A stretch of 64,000 nucleotides of DNA from a bacterium (GCA_965218795.1 OZ244653.1:3456001-3520000), one strand, 5' to 3'; shown: positions 41,172-50,861, counted from the stretch's first letter. A program made the numbers and translations. Notes: generated by a model from the letters alone, not told the origin.

Positions 41172-42962
41172 GTGGCCTATCAGGTAACCGCCAGAAAATA
41201 CCGTCCCCAAACCTTCGCCGATCTCACCGGGCAGGACCATATCCGAATGACGCTGCAAAATGCGCTTCGCCGGAAACGGGTGGCGCACGCTTATCTGTTC
41301 TCAGGGCCGCGCGGCGTCGGAAAAACGACCGTCGCGCGTCTGCTCGCCAAATCGGTGAACTGCGAGGCGCGCGTCCGGGCGATGGACGAGGGGGGCCAAT
41401 TGCCCGACGAACCCTGCAACCAGTGCTCATCCTGTCTGGAGATCATCGAGGATCGCTACCCCGACGTGATGGAGATCGACGGGGCGTCCAACACCGGCGT
41501 GGACAACGTGCGCGACCTCCGCGAGCAGGTGCGGTACGCCCCGGCGCGGGGCCGCAACAAGGTCTATATCATCGATGAGGTTCACATGCTCTCCAAGGGG
41601 GCGTTCAACGCGCTGCTGAAGACGCTCGAGGAGCCGCCCGACAACGTCATCTTCATTTTTGCGACCACCGAGCCGGAGAAAATTCCGGCGACCATTCATT
41701 CCCGCTGCCAATCCTTTGAGTTCCACCGCCTGCCGCCGAGCGTGATCATCGACCAGCTGAAACGGGTTGCCGAAGGTGAACACGTTGCAGTGGAAGCGCC
41801 GGCGCTGCACCTGCTGGCCCGCACGGCGGAAGGCAGCATGAGGGATGCCCAAAGCCTGTTCGATCAGGTCGTCGCGTATGCGGGCGGCCTCGAGGACGGC
41901 GCGTCCCTGACGGAAGGGGAAGCGTCCGAGGTGCTCGGCCTGGTCTCCGGCTCGGTCATTCGAAGGATCGCCGGGATGATCGCCGAGGACGACCCCGAAG
42001 GCATCGTCGACACCGTCCGGACCATCTTCAGCGAAGGCCAGGACGTTCGACAGTTCTGTATCTCACTCATGAATTTCTTCCGCGATCTCCTGATTGTCGA
42101 GTCGGTTCGTGACCCGGCCGGTCTTCTGGAAATGACGGAAGAAGAGGCCCGCGAGCTTCCCGATCTGGCGAAGAAGTTCGGGCGCGAAAAGCTCTATCGT
42201 TGTTTTCAAAAGGTGATGGACATGGAGCGGCAGGTTCGATTGGCTCCCAATCCTCAGCCGGTCCTGGAGGTCGCTCTCCTGATGATGGCCGAAATGCGGC
42301 CTTCGTCATCGCTTCAGGCGGTGATGGAGAAGCTGAACGCGGTCGAGGCCGCCATGGCCGCGGGAGCGGTCCAGCCTTCCTCTGATCGAGCGCCTGAAGG
42401 GGAATCCCGCGCTGCGTATGAGCCTCCCGAGGCGCACCCGCCTTCCCCGGAAAATCGAGAAACCGCACCCGAACCCTTCCCCGACACCGGCTCGGCGGAA
42501 ACCGTTCGTGAGGCGGAGCCGCCTCCTTTCAGCCCGGACGCGGACGACCAGCAAGGCCTTTGGAACCGGCTCATACACGAGATTGAAGCCCTGCGTCCGC
42601 CTCTGACCCGGTACTTCGACGATGGGCGGTTGGTATCCGTGGCGGAAGGCGAGGTGACCCTTGGGCTGGTCGGATACAACCTGAATCTTGCCAAGGATCA
42701 CAAGCTGGTGATCCAGGAAGCGGTCAGCCGGGTTTTGGGAAAAGGAAACAAGGTGACGCTGGTTCCCACGGATAGGCCTGGTCAACAGGAGAGAGCAGGG
42801 GAATCCTCCGGCGCCTCCGAGGCCGGCGCCGAAAACGGAGGCCCGCCCGCGCAACCCGGTGAGGTCTCTTCCGACGTGCTGAAACACATGTCGGAGGTTC
42901 TCCGGGACGCGGATGAAATCTTCGGAGAGGGCGACGATGACGACCCGCCGGGCTCACAGTGA
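41172..42962 (+). CDS. dnaX: DNA polymerase III subunit gamma/tau
   Basis: ARKYRP, GPRGVGKTT, Zn cluster, IIDEVHML, SRC. GTG start at 41172 preferred; the ORF is open from 41121. Confidence 0.96.
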   Translation: MAYQVTARKYRPQTFADLTGQDHIRMTLQNALRRKRVAHAYLFSGPRGVGKTTVARLLAKSVNCEARVRAMDEGGQLPDEPCNQCSSCLEIIEDRYPDVMEIDGASNTGVDNVRDLREQVRYAPARGRNKVYIIDEVHMLSKGAFNALLKTLEEPPDNVIFIFATTEPEKIPATIHSRCQSFEFHRLPPSVIIDQLKRVAEGEHVAVEAPALHLLARTAEGSMRDAQSLFDQVVAYAGGLEDGASLTEGEASEVLGLVSGSVIRRIAGMIAEDDPEGIVDTVRTIFSEGQDVRQFCISLMNFFRDLLIVESVRDPAGLLEMTEEEARELPDLAKKFGREKLYRCFQKVMDMERQVRLAPNPQPVLEVALLMMAEMRPSSSLQAVMEKLNAVEAAMAAGAVQPSSDRAPEGESRAAYEPPEAHPPSPENRETAPEPFPDTGSAETVREAEPPPFSPDADDQQGLWNRLIHEIEALRPPLTRYFDDGRLVSVAEGEVTLGLVGYNLNLAKDHKLVIQEAVSRVLGKGNKVTLVPTDRPGQQERAGESSGASEAGAENGGPPAQPGEVSSDVLKHMSEVLRDADEIFGEGDDDDPPGSQ

Positions 42963-42991
42963 ATTGCGAACTCCAAGGAGAACCCCGACCA

Positions 42992-43315
42992 ATGGCTCGT
43001 AATTTCGGGAACATGGGACAGATGATGAAGCAGGCCCAGAAGCTTCAAGAGGATATGCAAAAACTCCAGGATGATCTGGGCGGCCGGACAGTGGAGGGCA
43101 CCGCCGGAGGCGGCATGGTGAAGGCCGTCGTCACCGGCAAGCAGGAGCTGGTTTCCATCGAGATCGAGAAAGACGTTGTGGACCCAGAGGACATCGAAAT
43201 GCTCCAGGACTTGGTGACCGCCGCCGTCAACGAAGCCCTGCGGAAGTCCCGCGAAATGGTCACGGAGCAAATGTCCAAGCTCACGGGCGGGATCAATATT
43301 CCGGGTTTGACGTAA
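42992..43315 (+). CDS. ybaB: YbaB/EbfC nucleoid-associated protein
   Basis: MMKQAQKLQ, GTAGGGMV, EMLQDLV; SD AAGGAG. Confidence 0.95.
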   Translation: MARNFGNMGQMMKQAQKLQEDMQKLQDDLGGRTVEGTAGGGMVKAVVTGKQELVSIEIEKDVVDPEDIEMLQDLVTAAVNEALRKSREMVTEQMSKLTGGINIPGLT

Positions 43316-43379
43316 TGTTTGGCGCACGACCTGAATCACTGGAAAAGCGGCTGGAACGGGAGGAGGCAGTAAAGAATCC

Positions 43380-43650
43380 CAGGGGGACATTTTGAAAACT
43401 GTCCCCCTGAGAACCCCCTCGAAAACTTTTGTTTCACCATAAGGGCTGCCCCTGCGGAGCAGCCCTTATGGTATGAAATGGGTCACTTGGCAGGATGCTG
43501 CGTCTGCCGCTGGACACGTAATGTCCAAGGCAAACGGGCATCCTGCCAAAACGGGTGTTCCGTGCAGAATAGCGGTCCATCAGCTAACATCCAAGCGGCG
43601 CGGGCAGGCCGGGGGCCAAAGGCTCGGCTGTCAAAAGCTTTTAAAAGGGC
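43380..43650 (-). repeat. ~270-bp palindromic repeat element, copy C (inverted twin of copy D)
   Basis: Reverse complement of 46172-46442, roughly 90% identical by eye. Confidence 0.93.
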
Positions 43651-43665
43651 CGAGAGGTTTTCTTC

Positions 43666-44262
43666 TTGGAGAAATTTCCAGCCATCCAGGCCGTCGTGAA
43701 CGAGCTGCGCAAGCTTCCCGGTATCGGTCCCAAAAGCGCCCAGCGAATGGCGTTTCATCTCCTCAAGCGCAGCCGGGAAGACGTTGGAGCTCTGGCGTCG
43801 GCCATCCGCGACCTGAAAGAAAAGGTGCGCTTCTGTTCACGCTGCCACGGCATCGCCGAGGGCGAGCTTTGCGGTTTTTGCGCCGATCCTGCGCGGGACG
43901 CGTCGCTGGTCTGCGTGGTCGAGGAGCCGGGAGACGTCTTCGCCGTGGAGAAGACGGGAGAGTTTCGCGGGCGGTACCACGTCTTGATGGGCGCGCTTTC
44001 CCCCCTGGACGGGATTGGGCCGGAGGAACTGACTATCGCCTCGCTCGAGCGCCGCGTCGGGGAAGACGGCATCAAGGAGGCCATCATCGCGACCAATCCG
44101 AACCTGGAAGGGGACGCGACGGCCATGTATCTGTCGAAGGCCCTTTCCCCCAAAGGGGTGCAGGTCTCTCGAATCGCCCGCGGTCTGCCCGTCGGGACGT
44201 CCCTGGAATTCGCCGATGAGGTGACGCTCACGCGCTCAATCGAAGGCCGCCGGGAGATATAG
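43666..44262 (+). CDS. recR: Recombination mediator RecR
   Basis: LPGIGPKSAQR, C4 zinc finger, TOPRIM, RIARGLPVG. Confidence 0.97.
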   Translation: MEKFPAIQAVVNELRKLPGIGPKSAQRMAFHLLKRSREDVGALASAIRDLKEKVRFCSRCHGIAEGELCGFCADPARDASLVCVVEEPGDVFAVEKTGEFRGRYHVLMGALSPLDGIGPEELTIASLERRVGEDGIKEAIIATNPNLEGDATAMYLSKALSPKGVQVSRIARGLPVGTSLEFADEVTLTRSIEGRREI

Positions 44263-44281
44263 GCTCAGCGCGTCTGAAAAA

Positions 44282-44532
44282 AGTGCAGCCAGGCGCCTTT
44301 CCGGACAAATGATATCTTGCAAAGGAGAAACGAGAACCCCCGGATAACAGGAGAACAGAGGGTAGGCTGGCAGCAGAAATTCAGGCAACAGAGGGCGGGC
44401 TGCGAGAGAAGGGCCTGGACAGTCCCTGAAGTTCTACAACACCGAACAACCCCATCTGAGATATCGAAACCAGGGCCGAAGGCCCATCGAAACCAACAAT
44501 CTATTCGTTAGCCGGGATGGTTACAATGAGAC
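44282..44532 (+). mobile_element. Internally deleted IS481-family relic
   Basis: From 44426 one frame reads LKFYNTEQPHLRYRNQGRRPIETNNLFVSRDG, matching the IS481-type transposase C-terminus YNTERPHxGYRNxGRRPIET. The left part is homologous to 30124-30186. Confidence 0.7.
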
Positions 44533-44627
44533 GCGCTTTTTTCAGTATGGATTCCCCCGAACCATTGTAGGATCGCATTCGTTGTTTGTAAGAAATTTCA
44601 AAAGTCTTCCGGTGTGGGTTCATGTAG

Positions 44628-44644
44628 AATTATCATTGATAATT
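44628..44644. promoter_or_regulatory. Perfect 8-1-8 AT-rich palindrome, candidate operator
   Basis: AATTATCA-T-TGATAATT, 135 bp upstream of the amidohydrolase gene. Confidence 0.45.
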
Positions 44645-44779
44645 TTTGGCAAGCCGTATTCGAAACGGGCAAGACTCCTGGAGGAATACAAATCATGACA
44701 AATCCTCTGAATTTGATGGAAATGATTAAGGATAAGGATTCGTGAGGAACCAGCCGATTGTGATAATAGGATATCTCCC

Positions 44780-46126
44780 ATGAAGCCCGACCTCGTCGTC
44801 AAGAACGCGAAGGTGGTCAACTCGCTGGGAACGTACGAGGGCCACATTCTGATCAAAGACGGTAAGGTCCTGGCGGTGGCTTCGGAACTGAACGGCGAGC
44901 CGGAATCCGTCATCGACGCCGAAGGGCTGCACGTCATCCCGGGAATGGTCGACGATCACGTCCACATGATGGACCCGGGCCACACCGAGCGGGAGGACTT
45001 CACCACCGGCACCAAAGCCTCCGCGCGGGGCGGCGCGACCACCGTCATCGAGCATCACCGCACGCTCCCGCCCGTGTTCTCGGCAGACCTTCTGCGCGAG
45101 AAGAGCGAATACCTGAAAGACAGATCCGTCGTCGATTTCGCCCAGCTCGGCGGGCTGGCGCCTGACAACCTCCATGAGCTTCGGCCCATGTGGGAGGCTG
45201 GCGCGCTCGGATTCAAAGGGTTTCTCGTCGAGCTGCACGGAGCCCCCATGCTGAGCGAGGGGGTTCTCCTCGACATCATGCGCGAGGTGAGATCCTTCAA
45301 CGGGACGTGCCTCTACCATTGCGAAAGCGACACCATCTGCAGGAAGGGCCAGGAGAAGCTCGAAGAAGAGGGCCGGACGGATTACCGGTCCATGCTGGAT
45401 TGGCGTTCGATGGAAGCCGAGTACATGGCGTCCATGGAACTGATCCATCTGGTGGAGCTGACCGGCTGCCAGTCCACCATCGCCCACGTCAGCCAGCCCC
45501 GCATCCTGGAGGCGATCCAGACGGCCCGGCGGCGCGGCGCGCCGATTTACGCCGAATCCTGCCCGCAATATTTCTACATGACCGAAGAAGAAGGCGAGAG
45601 GCGCGGGCCGTGGGCCAAATTCACCCCGCCGCCCCGTCCGGAAGAGGTTCGCGACGGGATGCGCGCGGCGCTCGGGAAGGGCTGGGTGGATATCCTCGCC
45701 ACCGACCACTGTCCTCACGTCAAGGAAGACAAGGAAAAGGGACTCGACAATATTCACGAAGCGCCGTTCGGCATCCCGGGAATCGATACCACTTCCCGCA
45801 TGATGTTGAACGCGGTGAACGAAGGCTGGCTGACGCTCGGGCGCCTCGTGCAGATGATGTGCGAGCAGCCCGCCCGGCTCTACAACATTTTTCCGAAAAA
45901 GGGCGCGCTCCAACCCGGCTCGGACGCCGATCTGCTCATCGTCGATATGGACCGCAAGGAAACGCTCACCAACGATTCCATGGTCAGCAAATGCGGGTGG
46001 ACGACGTACGACGGGATGGAAACGATCGGCGCGCCGGTCCTGACGATGGTCCGCGGCCATGTGGTGATGAAGGACGGCCGCGTCACGGGCGAAGCGGGTA
46101 TCGGCGTCGAAGTGACGCGCGTTTGA
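44780..46126 (+). CDS. Cyclic amidohydrolase (allantoinase / L-hydantoinase / dihydroorotase family)
   Basis: Metal ligands DDHVH, GFKGF, HCES, AHVS, ATDHCPH; DADLLIVD. Confidence 0.88.
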   Translation: MKPDLVVKNAKVVNSLGTYEGHILIKDGKVLAVASELNGEPESVIDAEGLHVIPGMVDDHVHMMDPGHTEREDFTTGTKASARGGATTVIEHHRTLPPVFSADLLREKSEYLKDRSVVDFAQLGGLAPDNLHELRPMWEAGALGFKGFLVELHGAPMLSEGVLLDIMREVRSFNGTCLYHCESDTICRKGQEKLEEEGRTDYRSMLDWRSMEAEYMASMELIHLVELTGCQSTIAHVSQPRILEAIQTARRRGAPIYAESCPQYFYMTEEEGERRGPWAKFTPPPRPEEVRDGMRAALGKGWVDILATDHCPHVKEDKEKGLDNIHEAPFGIPGIDTTSRMMLNAVNEGWLTLGRLVQMMCEQPARLYNIFPKKGALQPGSDADLLIVDMDRKETLTNDSMVSKCGWTTYDGMETIGAPVLTMVRGHVVMKDGRVTGEAGIGVEVTRV

Positions 46127-46130
46127 CAGA

Positions 46131-46443
46131 AACCCCTTGGGGGAGCTTTTTGGAAAAAGTTCCCCCAAGCCCCCTTAAAAACCTTTGACGGCCGAGCCTT
46201 CGGCCCGGCCTGCCCGCGCCGCCTGGGTGTTAGCTGATGGACCGCTATTCTGCGCGGAACACCCGTTTGGGCGGATGCCCGTTTGCCTTGGACATTACGT
46301 ATCCGGCGGCAGGCGCAGCATCCTGCCAAGCAACCCATTTCATACCATCAAGGGCTGTCCCGCAGGGGCAGCCCTTGATGGTGAAACAAAAGTTTTCGAG
46401 GGGGGTTCTCGGGGGGACAGTTTTCAAAATGTCCCCCCGAGAT
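46131..46443 (+). repeat. Palindromic repeat element, copy D (full unit with two outward-facing cores)
   Basis: Core AAAG(G)TTTT-GGGGG..GGGGG-TTTT/AAAA-CCCCC at both ends in inverted orientation. Confidence 0.93.
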
Positions 46444-46570
46444 TTTCTACTGCCTCTTCCCGCTCCGACGTCTCATCCTCAGCGGGGGCGTTGGTCGAAA
46501 CACCGAGGATCATCAACAATCCAAGGAAGAAGATCGGTAGTTGTTTGGTGAATTTCATCCTGATTGAACC

Positions 46571-47437
46571 CTATTGAAGGGTGAAACCCCACCACTGCAG
46601 GGCGAACGAAGCCGCGCTGATGCACGTTGCGTAGATGCCCGCGCCGCGCCTGCCCATTCCAATAGCGATTCCCCCGGCGGCAATGCCCGCCCCGCCGAAC
46701 CAGGGGAAATAGTGATCGGAGGCAAAGCACAGAAGCGCCAAGCCGAGCCCCGTTTTCACCGTCAGGATCCCTTTCCGGTGTTGGGGGTCGTTCTCTTTGG
46801 GGACCGGCTCGATGAAGATCCAGACCGCCAAGGCGAGGGCAATGGACCCTTTGACCGTTCCCGTTCCCGGGATGAAAAGCGGCCAGCCGGTGATTCCGGT
46901 CAGCAGAATCACGACCGCCGCCGCGACGGCCACGCCGCCCAGGTAGACGATCTGTCTGTACAGGCGTTCAGGGGGACCTTCCATGGACCGGAAGACCCCT
47001 TTCTTGCTCATTTCCGGCCCCGATTCCTCCGGCTTTTCCGTTTCACGGAAGTCGGGCGCGGTCCCCGCCATGGCGGAAAGCGGGCCGGCAGCCGGGGCTT
47101 TTCTCTCCCTGGCCACCTGCGCGCGGAATGCCCGCCAGCGACCGATGGTCAGCCACAGGCCGAACAGGTCCACAAACGTCAGAACCGCGATAACCAGCGA
47201 CAGCGTGAGATTGACGAAAATGGGCCGCTCGGTCGCCCGCAGGCTGAAAAAGCCGACGACCATCATCCAGATGAGCCACCCGAAGATTGTCAAGTAGACC
47301 TGGAACGCGTGCGCAGAGGACATTCGGGGGTGTTTCTGAATCGGCGGCCTCATTCGGGCCAACGCATCGAGATCTTTGTTCATTTCAGGGCAGCGTTTTG
47401 AGATGTTGGGGGAGGCGCTTTTCGAGCGCTCGCGCAC
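46571..47437 (-). CDS. Hypothetical multi-pass membrane protein
   Basis: About 6-7 hydrophobic segments; no family recognised; start uncertain. Confidence 0.6.
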   Translation of the reverse strand: MRERSKSASPNISKRCPEMNKDLDALARMRPPIQKHPRMSSAHAFQVYLTIFGWLIWMMVVGFFSLRATERPIFVNLTLSLVIAVLTFVDLFGLWLTIGRWRAFRAQVARERKAPAAGPLSAMAGTAPDFRETEKPEESGPEMSKKGVFRSMEGPPERLYRQIVYLGGVAVAAAVVILLTGITGWPLFIPGTGTVKGSIALALAVWIFIEPVPKENDPQHRKGILTVKTGLGLALLCFASDHYFPWFGGAGIAAGGIAIGMGRRGAGIYATCISAASFALQWWGFTLQ

Positions 47438-47620
47438 CGGCTCCTTTGGGGATGAAAGCCTTGTCTCTGAATCATGATTTTGTGGCGCCCAACCTTTCCG
47501 ATGGCCTGATGAGCAGGCTCGCCAGTGAGGAAAGCGGACACGATGTGCCCCCCCTCAGCAAAACTTTCGTTTCGCGATGGGCGCTGTCCTTCGGGCTGCG
47601 CTCCATCGCAGAAGGCTCTC
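47405..47620 (-). repeat. Diverged repeat element, copy E
   Basis: Shares TTGTCTCTGAATCA, GTGGCGC, CGATGGCCT, AAAACTTTC.TTTC + hairpin with 49211-49370. Confidence 0.7.
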
Positions 47621-47791
47621 GTATTTGTTCCGCGCCAATTCCGGCTGAGCTTGAGTCACTTGCATCCTCCGCAAGCACGACGGGCTTGGCGGACTATCTG
47701 CTGGCTGAAAGCCCGTCCTGGCAAAGAGCCAGTCGCGCCAAGCTCAATGACGGCTTTCTTTTCTTGGATCCGTCTGTCTGCATACGTTGAC

Positions 47792-48097
47792 TCAGAGAAC
47801 TCCGTTCCAGGCCGCGAGGCCTCCGGCCAGGCTTCGCACATTCTCAAAATCCCGGTTGCGGAGAAACTCGGCGACCGAAGCGCTGCGCTGGCCCCTCGCG
47901 CAATAAACGGCAATCTCGGACTCCGGGTCGAGCTCATGCGTCCGTCCCGGCACATCGCCCATGGGTATGCAGACGGCGCCGGGCAGGCCGGGCGTCTCGT
48001 TCACTTCCTCCGGATCCCGGACGTCCAGCAGAATGCTCTCCGGTTTTTCCTGGAGCCTGGCCTTCAGTTCTTCAGGAGAAATTTCGAGCGGCTCCAC
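47792..48097 (-). CDS. Single-domain rhodanese
   Basis: LLDVRDPEE, YCARGQRS, LAGGLAAW. Confidence 0.92.
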   Translation of the reverse strand: MEPLEISPEELKARLQEKPESILLDVRDPEEVNETPGLPGAVCIPMGDVPGRTHELDPESEIAVYCARGQRSASVAEFLRNRDFENVRSLAGGLAAWNGVL

Positions 48098-48100
48098 GGG

Positions 48101-49060
48101 TCATTCGTCCCCAAGCCCGGGCCACAGAGCCTTCGCCACGCAATCAATCGGCCGGACCGACTCGGCCTGGGGAAGAACGCCGGCCATCCCGTCCAAAATG
48201 ACCTGGATGCCTTCGAGGGACGGGACGGGCGGGTCCGGAATGTTCTTCGACCAGAAGCCGTACGTCACTTCGAGGTTTTCATCGTTGCCCATGCTGGGCA
48301 TATTTCTGCGCAGGACGCTCTTGGCCAGACCGGGATCGGACTTGAACGTCTTCACGCCCTCCCTGTAAGCCCGCATGAAGCGGTCGGCCATTTCCCGCTT
48401 ATCCGCGGCGAAGGATTGGAGCGCGAACCCGACCCCGCCCTGATAATTCATCGTCCGGCCGTCCCAGATGAGGTTGCAGCCCTCGCGCACGGTCCGGGCG
48501 CTGAAGGGCAGCGGCAGAATGGCCGCCTCCACCTCTCCGGCGAGAAGGCCCTCGCACGCCGCCTGGAAGCCGTCCCAGTAGGGAACCCGCACGGGGTCGC
48601 CATCCTTCCCCGTCAAACCCCACTCGGCGAACATCAAATCCAGGGTGAAGTCGGCGTTGCCCTTCAGGCTGAACCCGCCGATTTTGCAGCCCTTCAGGTC
48701 GCCGGGTTTCTCAATTCCGTTCTGCGCGACGATGCTCAGGTGGTTGAAGTCGTTCAGGTTGAGGATGATCTCGACGGCCTCGCCTTCGACGGCGGCGCGG
48801 ACAACCGGGTACCCGCCGAACGTGCAGACGTCTACGATGTCCTCGAAAACCACCTGAAGGGTCCGCTTCGCGGGCGGCTCAAAGGTAATGACGGCGTCGA
48901 GCCCTTCTTCGCGAAACAGCCCCGCCTCCCGGGCCAACCAGGGGATGCACTGGTTCGCCGACAGAGCGCCCAATCCGATTCGGATCTTCTCCAGCCCAGG
49001 CATGCGTTGCTCCTCGCCGCGCTCAACCCGATGAAATCCATGGATAGATAAGCGTATCAA
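48101..49060 (-). CDS. ABC substrate-binding protein, SsuA/NMT1/THI5-like (orphan)
   Basis: AREAGLFREEGLD, IEKPGDLKGCKIG, LLAGEVEAA; no permease adjacent; no clear signal peptide. Confidence 0.75.
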   Translation of the reverse strand: MIRLSIHGFHRVERGEEQRMPGLEKIRIGLGALSANQCIPWLAREAGLFREEGLDAVITFEPPAKRTLQVVFEDIVDVCTFGGYPVVRAAVEGEAVEIILNLNDFNHLSIVAQNGIEKPGDLKGCKIGGFSLKGNADFTLDLMFAEWGLTGKDGDPVRVPYWDGFQAACEGLLAGEVEAAILPLPFSARTVREGCNLIWDGRTMNYQGGVGFALQSFAADKREMADRFMRAYREGVKTFKSDPGLAKSVLRRNMPSMGNDENLEVTYGFWSKNIPDPPVPSLEGIQVILDGMAGVLPQAESVRPIDCVAKALWPGLGDE

Positions 49061-49159
49061 GAGACGTTTTCAAAGCAAAGACGGAATAACCGCGATGGTT
49101 TTCTGTGACGATTTTGTGGAGACCGACAGGACCGAATTTCGAATGAGAATAGATTGAAA

Positions 49160-49551
49160 AATTTTTTCCGGGGGGACATTTTGGGCACTGGCGTGCCGGC
49201 CGTTTCGCGGATGAGGATTTGTCTCTGAATCAGATCTTCGTGGCGCATTGCCTTGCGATGGCCTCATCACCAGGCATGCGAGTGCTGAGAACCGACACAG
49301 TGTGTCTCCCCCCAGAGCCCCCTCGAAAACTTTCATTTCTCGGTGGCGTGCTTCGCACGCTATCGCAAAAGCTGGTGCCTTGTCCGGATGCGGGAGCGTT
49401 CCGCAGGAAGGCGCGCATCCGGTCAAAGTCTGCGTTCCGCGCGGTTCGGCGATGTGGTTAGCAAACCGACCCACACCGCGAGCAGGCCCGGCTGGGCCGC
49501 GGAAAGTTCTAGGGGAGTCTGGGGGGCGTCTTACAAGAAGCCCCCCAGGAA
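49160..49551. repeat. Diverged composite repeat element, copy F
   Basis: Minus-strand core with a ~120-bp insert (49160-49340), hairpin, spacer, plus-strand core GGAAAGTTCTAGGGGAGTCTGGGGGG..CCCCCAG (49501-49550). Confidence 0.75.
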
Positions 49552-49560
49552 TCTCTCCCA

Positions 49561-50394
49561 TCATCCCTTTCCCTTCCTTTCATAGGTTTCCAGGCCCGGG
49601 CGGTACTTGCCCGCCGTAAACTGGCCGATTCCTTCCGTTACCCATTCGCCTTGCTGGAGGTACGTGATCTCCCGGCTCTTCGTGAGCGATAGGGCGACGG
49701 CGTCGGTAAACTCCATGTTCTGGCTCATTCGAAACAGTTCCTTGGCCGCGCGCAGGGCGACGGGGTTCTTGTTGCGGAGCTCGTCGGCCAGCGACCGCAC
49801 CTCTTTCATCAAATCACACAGGGGGACAGCCTGGTTGACCAAGCCCATATCGGCGGCCTTTCGGCCGTCGAAGGGCTTTCCGGTCATGATGTAGTAGAGC
49901 GCGTCACGCGGCCGCATCAGCTCGCCGACGACCTTCGTGACCGGGCCCGCGGGAATGCTGCCGAAGTTGATTTCCGGGATTCCAAACGTGGCCTCTTCTG
50001 CGGCGATGGCCAGATCGCATCCGGCGGCGACGGGGATGCCTCCGCCGAAGCACCAGCCGTTGACTGCGGCAATGGTCGGCTTGGGGAACATCCGAAGCTT
50101 TTGTCCCCGCCACTCCTGGGCGAGCGCCTGCGTTCGGTCCCACTCCAGCGGTTTGTCTTTCAGGTCGACGAAGGTTTCCTTCAGGTCCATCCCGGCGCAG
50201 AAGCTATCCCCCGCCCCGGTGAAGACGAGCACATCCGTTGCCTTGTCGAACCGGAGGCGGTCCAGGGCGTCCACCATATCGGCGCTCATGGCCGGACTGA
50301 TGGCGTTCTTCTTTTCCGGCCGGTTCAGCGTGACCGTCGTCACGCCGCCGTCGTTTTCGATCCGTATGGTTTCGTAATCGGGGTAAGCGCCCAT
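49561..50394 (-). CDS. Hydroxycinnamoyl-CoA hydratase-lyase (HCHL)-like crotonase
   Basis: AGMDLKE, KPTIAAVNGWCFGGG, LYYIMTGK, KNPVALRAAK, RPGLETY closely track Pseudomonas HCHL. Confidence 0.85.
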   Translation of the reverse strand: MGAYPDYETIRIENDGGVTTVTLNRPEKKNAISPAMSADMVDALDRLRFDKATDVLVFTGAGDSFCAGMDLKETFVDLKDKPLEWDRTQALAQEWRGQKLRMFPKPTIAAVNGWCFGGGIPVAAGCDLAIAAEEATFGIPEINFGSIPAGPVTKVVGELMRPRDALYYIMTGKPFDGRKAADMGLVNQAVPLCDLMKEVRSLADELRNKNPVALRAAKELFRMSQNMEFTDAVALSLTKSREITYLQQGEWVTEGIGQFTAGKYRPGLETYERKGKG

Positions 50395-50490
50395 GTCTTG
50401 CCGTCTCCTTGTTGGGCTCCTTCCGCGGAGGGCGAATGGAGGTTGGTTCGGTTGCGGATGGATTTGGATGACGTCAACGCCCCGCCGGGG

Positions 50491-50690
50491 TCAGGATGAG
50501 CCTGCTGGCAGGGCCGCATTGAGATGACGTTTCGGCTCGACCTTCACGGGACCGGTTTCATATTCCAGCTCGCCTATTGTGACACGGGCGAAACCGAATT
50601 GCTCGATCGCCCATGCGTTGGTCGTCAAGTGAAGGCTGATGCGCTGGGCCGTGAACTCCGAACCGCCTGAGGCCAACGCCAGCGGAAGTA
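50491..50690 (-). pseudogene. rtcA: 3' fragment of RNA 3'-phosphate cyclase
   Basis: LPLALASGGSEFTAQRISLHLTTNAWAIEQFGFARVTI resembles the RtcA C-terminus. Confidence 0.7.
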
Positions 50691-50858
50691 TGTTCAGCTT
50701 TAAAAGTCTTCTTTTTGTGCCTATTCCAATTTTGGACTTGTCGGACCGTTGCTTCATCATCTGTTTTCGCTTCAAGGTCTTCCCGAGCAACCCAATGAAC
50801 CGACGATAAGAGCTCCAGCCCATAAGGGGTTTCAAATCCTCGATGAGCCGATTCACCT
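50691..50858 (-). pseudogene. darG: C-terminal fragment of DarG antitoxin (DarTG system)
   Basis: With one base restored: VNRLIE(G)FETPYGLELLSSVHWVAREDLEAKTDDEATVRQVQNWNRHKKKTFKAEH. Confidence 0.75.
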
Positions 50859-50861
50859 TCG

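Noticed and set aside
41172-42962. Programmed -1 frameshift producing DnaX gamma
   Set aside because: No A AAA AAG heptamer or long A run seen.
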